A stretch of 64,000 nucleotides of DNA from assembly GCA_023436715.1 (NCBI GenBank), contig JAEZIJ010000204.1, positions 3,548-67,547 of the forward strand, in the 5' to 3' direction. The notes beneath the pieces are model-generated. The model ran no database searches and was not told where the DNA came from. It saw only the letters and a list, made by a program, of their open reading frames with translations. Below are positions 26,690-35,828 of the stretch, in pieces; within the stretch, counting starts at the first letter, position 1, and each line of letters starts with the position of its first letter. Made by a program: the position numbers and the translations under genes. This DNA is from Acidobacteriota bacterium (GTDB lineage Bacteria > Acidobacteriota > Terriglobia > Bryobacterales > Bryobacteraceae).

Positions 26690-27941
26690 ACTCCTGCCCT
26701 TCGGAGAGAAAGCGCACCGCTTCGCCTTCCGGCACCCGCGCGAGGACCGCCGCATCACGATCCTCGAGGGCTCGGTCCGCAGCTCGAAGACCTGGGCGAG
26801 CATCGTCAAGATCGTGCTGCTCTCAAAGTACGACGTGGCGGGCCAGCGGCTCATCACCGGGCAGTCCAAGGCGACCATCAAGTCGAACGTGCTCGCTGAC
26901 CTGTTCGAGATCGTCGGCAATCGGAACCACGACTACAACCAGCAGTCGGGCGAACTTCGGCTGTTCGATTCCTGGTGGCGCGTGCTGGGCGCGAAGGACG
27001 AGGGCTCTGAACGCGCGCTGCGCGGCGCCACTGTGGGCGTGGCGGTATCGGACGAGCTGACCTTGACGCCGAAGTCGTTCGCGATGATGCTCCAGAGCCG
27101 GCTCAGCCCGGAAGGCGCTCGGTGGTATGCCACCACTAACCCAGACAGCCCATACCACTACGTCAAGACGGACCTGCTCGACAACCCCGACCTGGCGCCG
27201 TACCTCGAAGTGATTCACCTCGGGCTCGACGACAACCCGAACCTGAGCGAAGAGTACAAGCAGTTCATCAAGCGGTCGTACACCGGGGTCTGGTTTCAGC
27301 GTTTCGTCGAGGGCTTGTGGGTGCTGGCCGAAGGTGCCATCTATCGCGACGTCCTGACCGGGGATGTGTTCTACGACGACGCGACGCGGCCGGAAGGACT
27401 GCTTGGCCAGGGCGGTCACGTCGAGCATTGGATCGCGGTCGATTATGGCACCACGAACCCATGCGTGTTCCTGGACATCTACGACGACGGCCGCACGGTT
27501 TGGTGGGACCGGGAATACTACTGGGATTCAAAGTCGCAGGGCCGGCAGAAAACGGATTCCGAGTACGCGGATGATCTCATCGAGTTTGTTGCACCAGGCA
27601 CCCTTGGCGGCGGCGACCAGCGCAATTGGCCGGGCGTCATCATTGACCCGAGCGCGGCCAGCTTCAAGGCCGAACTGCTGAGCCGAGGCTTCTACGTCAC
27701 GGACGCTGAGAACGAGGTCGAGGACGGCATTCGGCGCGTGAGCACGATGCTCGCGCAAAAGAAGATCCGCATCAACCGCCAGCGCTGCCCGAACGGCGTG
27801 CGCGAGATGCAGAGCTATTCGTGGGACGAGAAGAAGAGCGATAAAGGCCGCGAGCAGCCGATCAAGGCGCACGATCATGTTCCCGACGCCGGCCGGTATC
27901 ACTGCAATACGCGCATCAACGATTGGCGATTAGCCGCCTGA
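26655..27941 (+). CDS. terminase large subunit
   Basis: Walker-A-like EGSVRSSKTW; ATPase followed by a nuclease domain with HVPDAGRY near the C-terminus; overlaps TerS. Confidence 0.85.
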   Translation: MVLQSPATRPRKLLPFGEKAHRFAFRHPREDRRITILEGSVRSSKTWASIVKIVLLSKYDVAGQRLITGQSKATIKSNVLADLFEIVGNRNHDYNQQSGELRLFDSWWRVLGAKDEGSERALRGATVGVAVSDELTLTPKSFAMMLQSRLSPEGARWYATTNPDSPYHYVKTDLLDNPDLAPYLEVIHLGLDDNPNLSEEYKQFIKRSYTGVWFQRFVEGLWVLAEGAIYRDVLTGDVFYDDATRPEGLLGQGGHVEHWIAVDYGTTNPCVFLDIYDDGRTVWWDREYYWDSKSQGRQKTDSEYADDLIEFVAPGTLGGGDQRNWPGVIIDPSAASFKAELLSRGFYVTDAENEVEDGIRRVSTMLAQKKIRINRQRCPNGVREMQSYSWDEKKSDKGREQPIKAHDHVPDAGRYHCNTRINDWRLAA

Positions 27942-27944
27942 CCC

Positions 27945-28748
27945 ATGACCAACCCCGCCTGGCTGCGCCTCGTGGAACTCTACCAGAACGGCCTGCTGCG
28001 CCTCCTCCCGGCAGCCGCCCTGGAGCGTCCCGAACTACTCGAGACGCCGGAGTTCCGCGAGGCCGCCTGGAGGGTGGCGAGCAACATGGTGCAGGGCGTC
28101 GCCAAGGCGAACGCGACCTCCTGGCGGCAGGCGGCCATGAAATCGACCAACGCGCGGCGGATCTACCTCGGGCTCCAGCGGGAGATCGCCGAGGGAAAGC
28201 TCGGGCCGGAACTGCACCAGTTGGCCGTGCGGAACGCGCAACTGATCTCGATCCTGCCCGGGGACATCGCCCGGCGCATCACGGCCCACGCCGAGGTGCT
28301 GACGCAGCGCGGGGCTCGACCGGAGGAGATCGCGCGCGAGCTTCGCAGGGTGGTGCCCACGATGGCGAAAAGCCGGATGCGGCTGATCGCTCGGACGGAA
28401 GTGAGCCGGGCGGAAACCGATCTGACCCGCCTGCGTTCCCAGCGGATCGGGATCGAATGGTACCAGTGGAGCAGTTCTCGGGATCAGCGCGTGCGCCCCT
28501 CGCATCGCAACATGGATCAGGTGCTTGTGGCCTGGGATGACGCACCGCAGCCGGAAGAACTCATTGGGCAGCGCAGCACGCTCGGGTATGGCCACGCCGG
28601 GCAGTTCCCGAATTGCCGGTGCGATTGCCTGCCAGTTGCCGACCTGGATGAGATCCGCTGGCCCGCGCGGGCCTACAGCAACGGAAGGATCGTGCGCATG
28701 TCGCGTGCGCAATTCATGCGCTTGTCCGGCCTGGAGATGGCGGCTTAG
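27945..28748 (+). CDS. head morphogenesis protein (SPP1 gp7 / Mu F-like)
   Basis: RTEVSRAETD..W..S..DQRVRPSHRNMDQV.. and CRCDCLPV motifs. Confidence 0.75.
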   Translation: MTNPAWLRLVELYQNGLLRLLPAAALERPELLETPEFREAAWRVASNMVQGVAKANATSWRQAAMKSTNARRIYLGLQREIAEGKLGPELHQLAVRNAQLISILPGDIARRITAHAEVLTQRGARPEEIARELRRVVPTMAKSRMRLIARTEVSRAETDLTRLRSQRIGIEWYQWSSSRDQRVRPSHRNMDQVLVAWDDAPQPEELIGQRSTLGYGHAGQFPNCRCDCLPVADLDEIRWPARAYSNGRIVRMSRAQFMRLSGLEMAA

Positions 28749-28875
28749 GCTTCTTCCCGCGCCTAATGAGCGCGAGCTTGTTCCCCTTGAGCATGGACAC
28801 GGTGATTAACGGCTCCTCCGAGCAGGCCGCGGTGAGTCGAACCTCGACTTTGTCCGGCGATTTCCGTTTCCCCAT
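28714..28875 (-). CDS. small antisense-oriented ORF, 53 aa (possibly leaderless)
   Basis: Own translation: MGKRKSPDKVEVRLTAACSEEPLITVSMLKGNKLALIRRGKKPKPPSPGRTSA. Good GC3. A perfect TATAAT lies 8 nt upstream of the ATG on the minus strand. It fills the otherwise empty MuF-portal gap. Confidence 0.3.
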   Translation of the reverse strand: MGKRKSPDKVEVRLTAACSEEPLITVSMLKGNKLALIRRGKKPKPPSPGRTSA

Positions 28876-28926
28876 GCCTGTGGATTATATCCGGATCGGG
28901 CAGTAGTTCACCAGCGACACTCCAAT

Positions 28927-30744
28927 ATGTCCTACTCCAACGTCCGCGCCCGCCTCGGGAAAGGCACGAACAATCTGGCCGAAGCCGGCGAATACCCGCT
29001 GACTCGGATCACCAACAGTTACATGCTGCTGGTGTCCCTCTACCGGGGGAGCTGGATCTGCCGGAAGGTGGTCGACGTGCTCGCCGAGGACATGTTGAAG
29101 CACATGCCGCGAGTCAAAAGCCAGGTCAGCCCCGACGCGCTCGACAAGTTCGACCGAGCCATTACGCGCACGGCTACGCAGGCGAAGCTGATGGAGGCGC
29201 TGAAGTGGGGCCGGCTGTTCGGCGGCTCCGTGGCGCTCATCTGTATCGACGGAGTCAAGGATCTCTCCGAGCCGCTCGACCCGGCCGAGGTGTTGCCCGG
29301 GAAGTATCGCGGCCTGATCGTGCTTGACCGCTGGACCGGGGTCTATCCCGATCTGGAGTTGATCGAAGATCTGAGCAGCCCGGCCGATTTTGGGCTGCCA
29401 AAGTTCTACCGGTGCGACTTGGGGGCCAACGGCTCGAGCATCAGAATCCACCATTCGCGACTTCTCCGGTTCGTCGGCCGCGACCTGCCTTTAGTCGAAA
29501 AGCAGTTCCAGAACTATTGGGGGATGAGCGAACTGGAGCTCGTCTTCGACGAGCTAAAGAAGCGCGATTACACCAGTTGGAACATCGTCAGCCTCCTGAG
29601 TCGCGCGCAGATCATGGCCATCAAAGAGCCGCAGCTTGCGCAGGCTCTCTCCGGCCTCGGGATGAAACCCAAAGCGCTGGAGATGTACCTCGCGCGCATG
29701 CAGGCGATCAGCGATTCCATGAACAACCAGGGCTTGCTGGCGCTGCCCGCGGATGGCGGAGTCGAGTCCACCTCGTACAGTTTCTCCGGCCTCGGGGATG
29801 TCTATAACACCTTCATGCTGGACGTGGCCGGCGCCTGCGAGATCCCCGTTTCGCGGTTGTATGGGCGCACCATCACCGGACTCGGGCAGAGCGGCGAAGG
29901 AGACCTCCAGGTCTACTACGACACCGCCGACCAGAAGCGTCAACGCGAGGTTGGGCCCCGGATCGAGAAGCTCTACCGGGTAATCGCAGCGAGCGAGTGG
30001 GGAGAGATTCCCGACGACATGGACTACGAGTGGCCGCCGATCCGCACCATGAGCGACAAGGACCGCGCGGACCTCGCCGAGGCGAACACCAAGCCGATCT
30101 TCGACGCGTTCAACGCTGGAATCATCGGCCGCAAGACCACCCTGAAAGAGCTTCGGCAGCAGTCTGAAATAACCGGAATGTTCACGAACATCACGGACGA
30201 GATGATCGAGGCGGCCGAAGACGACACCGGTCCGGACGAGATCGGACCCGTACCGCCTGAATTGATGGGCGATGTTCCGAAAGACCCGGCCGGCACCGCG
30301 GTTTCCAAGGGAGAGCTTCTCGCCGGGAAGTCCACGCGAGACGCGAAGCCGGAGCCCAAGCCCGCCATGTTCTCCGGGATTCCGGTCGCGATCGAGTATG
30401 AGAAAGGCTCGCGCCGCACGCTGCGCAATGACATTGGCCGAGTGGTGTACGACGTCCTGATGCAGCACGACTACGGCTTCATCCGCGACACGATCGGGCG
30501 CGACGGAGACGAGGTGGACGTGATTCTTGGGCCGCACGAAGGCTCGGAGCGCGTATTCATCGCCGACATGATCGACCTCGGGCCGGACGTGGACCAGCGG
30601 CAGGACGAAGACAAGGTGTTGCTCGGGTTCCGGTCTGAAGATGAGGCGCGCGCGGCATTCCTCTCGATGTACCCGGCCAATTTCCTGGGAGGGATGGCGT
30701 CGATGCCGCTGGCGGACTTCCGCCGTAACTGGCTTGGAGAGTAA
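28927..30744 (+). CDS. portal protein (DUF1073/HI1409-like) with a C-terminal pyrophosphatase-like extension
   Basis: Size, position after the terminase, and a portal-like body. The last ~127 aa carry HDYGFIRDTIGRDGDEVDVIL (see findings). Confidence 0.7.
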   Translation: MSYSNVRARLGKGTNNLAEAGEYPLTRITNSYMLLVSLYRGSWICRKVVDVLAEDMLKHMPRVKSQVSPDALDKFDRAITRTATQAKLMEALKWGRLFGGSVALICIDGVKDLSEPLDPAEVLPGKYRGLIVLDRWTGVYPDLELIEDLSSPADFGLPKFYRCDLGANGSSIRIHHSRLLRFVGRDLPLVEKQFQNYWGMSELELVFDELKKRDYTSWNIVSLLSRAQIMAIKEPQLAQALSGLGMKPKALEMYLARMQAISDSMNNQGLLALPADGGVESTSYSFSGLGDVYNTFMLDVAGACEIPVSRLYGRTITGLGQSGEGDLQVYYDTADQKRQREVGPRIEKLYRVIAASEWGEIPDDMDYEWPPIRTMSDKDRADLAEANTKPIFDAFNAGIIGRKTTLKELRQQSEITGMFTNITDEMIEAAEDDTGPDEIGPVPPELMGDVPKDPAGTAVSKGELLAGKSTRDAKPEPKPAMFSGIPVAIEYEKGSRRTLRNDIGRVVYDVLMQHDYGFIRDTIGRDGDEVDVILGPHEGSERVFIADMIDLGPDVDQRQDEDKVLLGFRSEDEARAAFLSMYPANFLGGMASMPLADFRRNWLGE

Positions 30745-30747
30745 CGC

Positions 30748-32109
30748 ATGTCCAAACTCGCCTACTACGCCTCCCGCATCGCGCCCGACAAGCCGCACCA
30801 GTTCGAAACCGCGGAAGGCTATCGAATCTACACGTCAGTCCCGATCTGCCGGTCTGGGTTCCAGGATTATCTCGGCAAGGAACTGAAGTCCCATCCCGAC
30901 TACGATCCAGCCTGGGATATCGGCGACGACGATGTAGTCAAGGTTTACCGGCCGCGCGAGGTCGTGACGGCGCCAGAGACCATCGCCTCGTTCGAAGGAA
31001 AGAGCGTCACCGACGGGCACCCGCCTGACGATGTTGCCCTCGTGATGGTCGAGACCGAGGGCGAATATGGCCGCGGCCACGTTCAGAACGTTCGCGTCGG
31101 CCAACTGCTCGAAGACAACGAGACGCCGCTGCTTGCCGACCTGTTCGTCAAGAACCAGCCGCTGAACGACAAGATCGACGGAGGCGTGCGCGATGTCTCG
31201 TGCGGGTATGTCTACAACCTGAAGCGGCTCGACGATGGGACGTTTGCAATGACCAGGATCTGCGGGAATCACGTCGCCGTGGTTCCCAAGGGACGCGCGG
31301 GTGCGGAAGTTTCCATCCGCGACGAGAAGCCGGCTGCGCTCGCAGCCGAAACCACAACCACGAAAACCAAAGAGAAGGAGCCTACGAGTATGAAAAACAA
31401 TTCACTCTTCGGGCGAATGCTCAAGGCGTTTGCGAAGGACGCAGAGCCCGAAGAGGTAGCAGAAGCGGCGAAGCTTTCCCACGATTCCGAGGAGCCCACG
31501 CTCAAGAAGAAAGAGGGCGTCAACTACGACACCGATTTCTACTGGGATGCCGCCAACCAGAAGGCCGTGCCGATCCGCGGCAGCAAGGGGTACAGCAAGC
31601 GGAAGGCGGGCGACGGCGCCGAAGAGATGGTCGAGGAAATGCACCCCGACCTGAAGCAGTTCGCCGCAGACGTCAAAACCGCTCTCGACGCCATCGCGAA
31701 GAAGCTCGGCATCGGCGGGGACAGCGAACCGGGAGAGGAAAAGGTCGTCGATCCGGCCGCGGAAGATGCGACCGTGCTCGAAATGACCGGCGAGGAACAG
31801 GGCAAAGGCGAGTTGCCGAAGCAGATCGCCGCGGCGGACAGCACCGAATCGCTCACCGCGATCCGTCCGAAGGTCGTGGCGGCCAAGGACGCGGCAATCA
31901 CCAAGGCGTTCAATGAGCGGGTGCGCGAGGTCAGGAAAGCCGCGGTAGCGCGGGATTCCGCCTACGCGGACCTGGTGAACGCTTCCGGCACAGTCTCGAC
32001 CGAGGTCGATGTGGACCCGGCCACGTTCTTCAACGGAGTCAGCTTCTCCGAAGGGCAGCGCCGGTACAGCGAATACATGGCCAATAAGGCCAAGAAGGGG
32101 GGCAAATAA
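30748..32109 (+). CDS. DUF2213-type prohead scaffold/protease-like protein
   Basis: FEGKSVTDGHPPDD, GHVQNVR and VSCGYVY motifs in the N-terminal half. The C-terminal half is charged and low-complexity, like a scaffold. Confidence 0.6.
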   Translation: MSKLAYYASRIAPDKPHQFETAEGYRIYTSVPICRSGFQDYLGKELKSHPDYDPAWDIGDDDVVKVYRPREVVTAPETIASFEGKSVTDGHPPDDVALVMVETEGEYGRGHVQNVRVGQLLEDNETPLLADLFVKNQPLNDKIDGGVRDVSCGYVYNLKRLDDGTFAMTRICGNHVAVVPKGRAGAEVSIRDEKPAALAAETTTTKTKEKEPTSMKNNSLFGRMLKAFAKDAEPEEVAEAAKLSHDSEEPTLKKKEGVNYDTDFYWDAANQKAVPIRGSKGYSKRKAGDGAEEMVEEMHPDLKQFAADVKTALDAIAKKLGIGGDSEPGEEKVVDPAAEDATVLEMTGEEQGKGELPKQIAAADSTESLTAIRPKVVAAKDAAITKAFNERVREVRKAAVARDSAYADLVNASGTVSTEVDVDPATFFNGVSFSEGQRRYSEYMANKAKKGGK

Positions 32110-32112
32110 CCA

Positions 32113-32673
32113 ATGCCTGCAACCGTAATCCCGGTGACCGGACTCAACCTTGGGCCGGTCGGTTCCGTTTCCCAGTCGGACTTCCCGCTGCGCACGCCGC
32201 GGCAGGTCAGGCCGGCCGACACGAAAAACATCGCTTTCGGTGAGCCGGTCGTGCTGAACGACGACAACACCTACTCCAGCGTGGCGCAGTTCATCGCCGG
32301 AGGCGGAACGCTCGCGGCCACGACCCCGCTCGGACTGGCAGCCGCCAACACTCGCACCAACCCGTCGTTCAGCATGGCTGGAAACTCCGGCGTGATGACC
32401 CCGGCCGGATTCTACGCGCCCGGCAACATCGCCGACGTGATGTCGAAGGGCACCATGAACGTGCAGGTTAACAACGGCACACCGAAGGCCGGCGGAACCG
32501 TGTACATCCGCGTGGCTGCGAATGGAGCCATTCCGGCCGGCGTCGTCGGCGGGATCGAGGCAGTTGCGGACGGCGCAAACAGCATCGCCGTCAACTGCAT
32601 GAAGTTCAAGACGGGCGTAATGGGCGCCGACGGCACGGCCCAGGTCACCATCCTTACGAGGGTACTGCCGTAA
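32113..32673 (+). CDS. head decoration/cement-like structural protein
   Basis: Track ORF between the scaffold and capsid genes. Gly/Ala-rich with a beta-rich character. Confidence 0.45.
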   Translation: MPATVIPVTGLNLGPVGSVSQSDFPLRTPRQVRPADTKNIAFGEPVVLNDDNTYSSVAQFIAGGGTLAATTPLGLAAANTRTNPSFSMAGNSGVMTPAGFYAPGNIADVMSKGTMNVQVNNGTPKAGGTVYIRVAANGAIPAGVVGGIEAVADGANSIAVNCMKFKTGVMGADGTAQVTILTRVLP

Positions 32674-32699
32674 CCCGGCAACAGGAGGATCACACGATC

Positions 32700-33695
32700 A
32701 TGAACCGCGAATACTTGCAGAACCTAGCTCGGTTGCGCGCGGGCATCGCACTCGACGCGGCGGCGCAGGCGGCCACCGGGCAGATCTTCCTCCAGTCCGA
32801 GCTGACCAGGATCGACCCGATCCTGCGCATGCCGCTGGAGAATTACACCCACTACCGCGACATCCCGATGCCCAGCGGCGGCGGATGGATGGACTACGAG
32901 ATCGCGCGCAACATCGACTTCCGCGGCCCGCAGGACGGAAGCACCGGAACGGACTCGAACGACATCCGGGTCCTGGAATACAACACCAACCAGGATGTCT
33001 GGCCGACCCTGCCTTACCAGGTCAACGTCCGCATCCCGCTGATCGAGTCCCTCAAGATGGCGGCGACGAACCGCTCTCCGCAGGATCTGCTCGACAAGGC
33101 CGTGCGCGTGGACTGGCAGAAGGCGCTCGACAAGCGCGTCTATACGGGAATCCTCGGCAACACCGGTCTCATCAACAGCACTGGCGTGGCCGCGCAGAGT
33201 GCGCCGGCGAACGCTTCCGCAAAGACCGCCTGGAAAGACAAAACCCCGCTCGAAATCTACAACGATTTCAACACGTTCGCCTACACCGCGTGGCAGAACG
33301 CGGGCGGATCGCCCCTGGCCATCCCGAACCGGTATCTCGTTCCCGGCTCGCTCTGGTCTTACCTGACGCAGCCGATGGTGGTCAGCACCACTCCGCTCGC
33401 GGTCAGCGTGGCGCAGTACATCAAAGAGAACGGCTTCGCGGCGACCTTCGGCATTACCCCGGAGATCTACCCGCTCCCCGTGTGGCTCGAAACGGCCGGC
33501 GCGGGAGGCAAAACCCGGCTGGTCGCCTACCGCTTCGACGAGGATTGCCTCTCGTTCACGGTCCTGCAAAACATCCAGCGCCATGGCGGCCCGCTCTCGA
33601 TTCAGGCCGGCGCCTTCCTCATCACCTACGTCGGCAACACCGGCGTGGTGAAGATCAACCGCCCCCAGACGATCAACTACTGGGACGCGATATAA
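32700..33695 (+). CDS. major capsid protein (DUF2184/encapsulin-like HK97 fold)
   Basis: 331 aa, positioned after the scaffold. The N-terminus (LQSELTRIDPILRMPLENYTHYRDIP) is typical of the DUF2184 family. Confidence 0.65.
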   Translation: MNREYLQNLARLRAGIALDAAAQAATGQIFLQSELTRIDPILRMPLENYTHYRDIPMPSGGGWMDYEIARNIDFRGPQDGSTGTDSNDIRVLEYNTNQDVWPTLPYQVNVRIPLIESLKMAATNRSPQDLLDKAVRVDWQKALDKRVYTGILGNTGLINSTGVAAQSAPANASAKTAWKDKTPLEIYNDFNTFAYTAWQNAGGSPLAIPNRYLVPGSLWSYLTQPMVVSTTPLAVSVAQYIKENGFAATFGITPEIYPLPVWLETAGAGGKTRLVAYRFDEDCLSFTVLQNIQRHGGPLSIQAGAFLITYVGNTGVVKINRPQTINYWDAI

Positions 33696-33704
33696 GGAGA
33701 CGCT

Positions 33705-33956
33705 GTGCAGGCAATCTCGAAGCAGACCTACCGATTCACGGGGGGCGTGGTAATCACGCCCTCCCCGCTCCCGCAGAACGTTCCGGATGAGCTGAAGAAC
33801 GATCCGTATTTCCAACTCGCCGTGAAAGACGGATCGATCACGCTGGTGGAGTTGGCGCACGCTGCGGAGCCGGACGCGCAGCCCGCCACGCGGAGAAGGA
33901 AGAAGAGCTCCGAGGCTGCGGATACGCAACCCTCTGAAACGGAGCCGGCCGAGTAG
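33705..33956 (+). CDS. phage hypothetical protein
   Basis: GTG start after an AGGAGA RBS. Track ORF. Confidence 0.5.
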   Translation: MQAISKQTYRFTGGVVITPSPLPQNVPDELKNDPYFQLAVKDGSITLVELAHAAEPDAQPATRRRKKSSEAADTQPSETEPAE

Positions 33957-33971
33957 CCGCAGGGGAACCGC

Positions 33972-34694
33972 ATGTCTCAACCCGATCTGGACGCATTCTA
34001 CGACCAACTGTGCAGCCGCTATGCGTGGGATTTTGGCGCGCTGTCAGCCGGCGCCGGGATTGCGTCCGGACTCGTGCACGGCACGAACCCGCCGTACTCC
34101 GCCAATGATCTTTTCGCTATGCACCCGAAGTTCGGCGGCGCGCCGGTTACGCTCACAGCAACACTCGCTGCCGGCTCCACCGTTGTTGCGGTCGAGTCAA
34201 CCGCAGGCCTCTCCGCTGGTCAACTGATCGCCGGAGCTGGCGTGTCCCCGGGCACGCTCATCAGTTCGGTCGATTCGGCCTCCCAGATCACTCTTTCGGC
34301 TGCCGCCACGGTCACTGGAACGGCAGCGCTGGCAGTATACGCCGCGCCGCTCGTGCCGCTCGCCGTCATCAACGCCTACATCGCGCTGGCCTCCGCTTCT
34401 CTCGTTCAGGCTCGCTGGCTGGATACATGGCCAGTGGCGATGGGGCTTTATGTCTCCCACTTTCTGACCCTGTGGATGAAGTCGGATGGCGATGTGTACT
34501 CCACGCCCGGGCAGGCGGCCGCGGCGGGGCTGGCGCGCGGAATAGCGGTCTCAAATAGCGCGGGATCGGTGAGTGTGGGTTACCAGGTCACCCCGGGCCT
34601 GGAGGCGTGGGGCTCGTGGAACGAGACGCAGTACGGAAAGCAACTCGCCACGTTCGCGAAGTGCGTGGGCGCCGGTCCGATCTGGATTTACTGA
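33972..34694 (+). CDS. head-tail connector protein (DUF4054-like)
   Basis: Position after the capsid gene. DLFAMHPKFGG and VSHFLTLWMKSDGD features. Confidence 0.5.
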   Translation: MSQPDLDAFYDQLCSRYAWDFGALSAGAGIASGLVHGTNPPYSANDLFAMHPKFGGAPVTLTATLAAGSTVVAVESTAGLSAGQLIAGAGVSPGTLISSVDSASQITLSAAATVTGTAALAVYAAPLVPLAVINAYIALASASLVQARWLDTWPVAMGLYVSHFLTLWMKSDGDVYSTPGQAAAAGLARGIAVSNSAGSVSVGYQVTPGLEAWGSWNETQYGKQLATFAKCVGAGPIWIY

Positions 34695-35167
34695 TGCCAG
34701 TCACCGTCTCCAAATCCGGCCCTGGCTTCGCCAAGGTCGCGCAGCGGCTCCGGAAGCTGAAGTCCTCTGAAGTTCTGGTGGGGATTCCGGCCGATCGGGC
34801 GCAGCGCGAAGGCGAGACGATCAACAATGCGGGCCTGCTCTTTATTCACACTCACGGGAGCGAACTCCAGAACATCCCGGCCCGCCCCGTGCTCGAGCCC
34901 GCGATCGAGAATAACCGAGCACTCATCAGTACGCATCTCGGGGAGGCGGCCCGGCAGATGACGGCGGGCTTCCCCGATAAAGCTGAGCGGGAGTTGGCGC
35001 GGGCCGGAACCATTGGGGCGAACGCAGCGAAGCGGTTCTTCACCGAAGAGAATGGGTGGCCTCCGAACGCCCCGAGCACGATCAAGCGCAAGGGCAGCGA
35101 CAGGCCCTTGATCGACACCGGGGCGCTCAGAAGGTCAATAACTCATATCGTTCGCGTGGACAAGTAG
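34694..35167 (+). CDS. virion morphogenesis / tail completion protein (Mu gpG / HK97 gp10-like)
   Basis: ATG at 34694 (TGATG overlap). RPLIDTGALRRSITHIV motif. Confidence 0.55.
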   Translation: MPVTVSKSGPGFAKVAQRLRKLKSSEVLVGIPADRAQREGETINNAGLLFIHTHGSELQNIPARPVLEPAIENNRALISTHLGEAARQMTAGFPDKAERELARAGTIGANAAKRFFTEENGWPPNAPSTIKRKGSDRPLIDTGALRRSITHIVRVDK

Positions 35168-35173
35168 CCGATG

Positions 35174-35377
35174 TTATTCCGGAAGTTTCATGCCCTCGTT
35201 TGCGATGCGCAGTATCTCGTCTTTTGGAACCAGGACCCGCTTTGCGTATCTGGTGACTCGAACTGCACCGCGGCGAATGTCGCGGATGAGCGTGTGCTTG
35301 CTGATTCCGAGAAGTGCAGCGGCTTCCTCGATGGGGTATTGCAGCCGATTCGGTATCTGAATTGTGAGTGTGCTCAT
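35174..35377 (-). CDS. excisionase-family (MerR-like HTH_17) DNA-binding protein, reverse-oriented inside the structural module
   Basis: IEEAAALLGISKHTLIRDIRRGAVRVTRYAKRVLVPKDEILRI. It sits in an AT-richer island (35168-35467). Confidence 0.7.
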   Translation of the reverse strand: MSTLTIQIPNRLQYPIEEAAALLGISKHTLIRDIRRGAVRVTRYAKRVLVPKDEILRIANEGMKLPE

Positions 35378-35467
35378 GCAGTGAGCATAACACTAGGTAT
35401 TGCGAGAACAAACACAGTCAGCGTAAGTATTTTACAGTCGTAATTTAATTTCCGAATCGTTTGTTAC

Positions 35468-35827
35468 ATGTTCGACCTCTCGGCAGTCGTCAACAATCCC
35501 GACCTCGGCAGCCCGGTGACGATCCTCCGCTTTACCGGATCGTTCGCAGCCGGCGGGTGGCAGCAGGGCGCCCCGCAGCGCATCCCGGCATTCGGAGTGG
35601 TCTGCATCGCCGATGCCGAAGCTCTCGCGCAGGTTCCCGAGGGCGACCGGGTGACCGGCGCCCTGCAATTTCTCACCGGTCAGCCTGTGTACCGGACCTC
35701 GGCAGACCGCGGCGGCACGAGCGATCAGATCGAATGGCGGGGCGAGTTGTACCGCGTCGTCAGCGTCGAGCCGTGGGGACACGCGGGGTACTGGTCGGCG
35801 ATTCTGGCGCGGATGGAGGGGGCGTAG
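35468..35827 (+). CDS. phage structural hypothetical protein (head-tail joining region)
   Basis: Track ORF. Call rests on position. Confidence 0.55.
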   Translation: MFDLSAVVNNPDLGSPVTILRFTGSFAAGGWQQGAPQRIPAFGVVCIADAEALAQVPEGDRVTGALQFLTGQPVYRTSADRGGTSDQIEWRGELYRVVSVEPWGHAGYWSAILARMEGA

Positions 35828-35828
35828 A

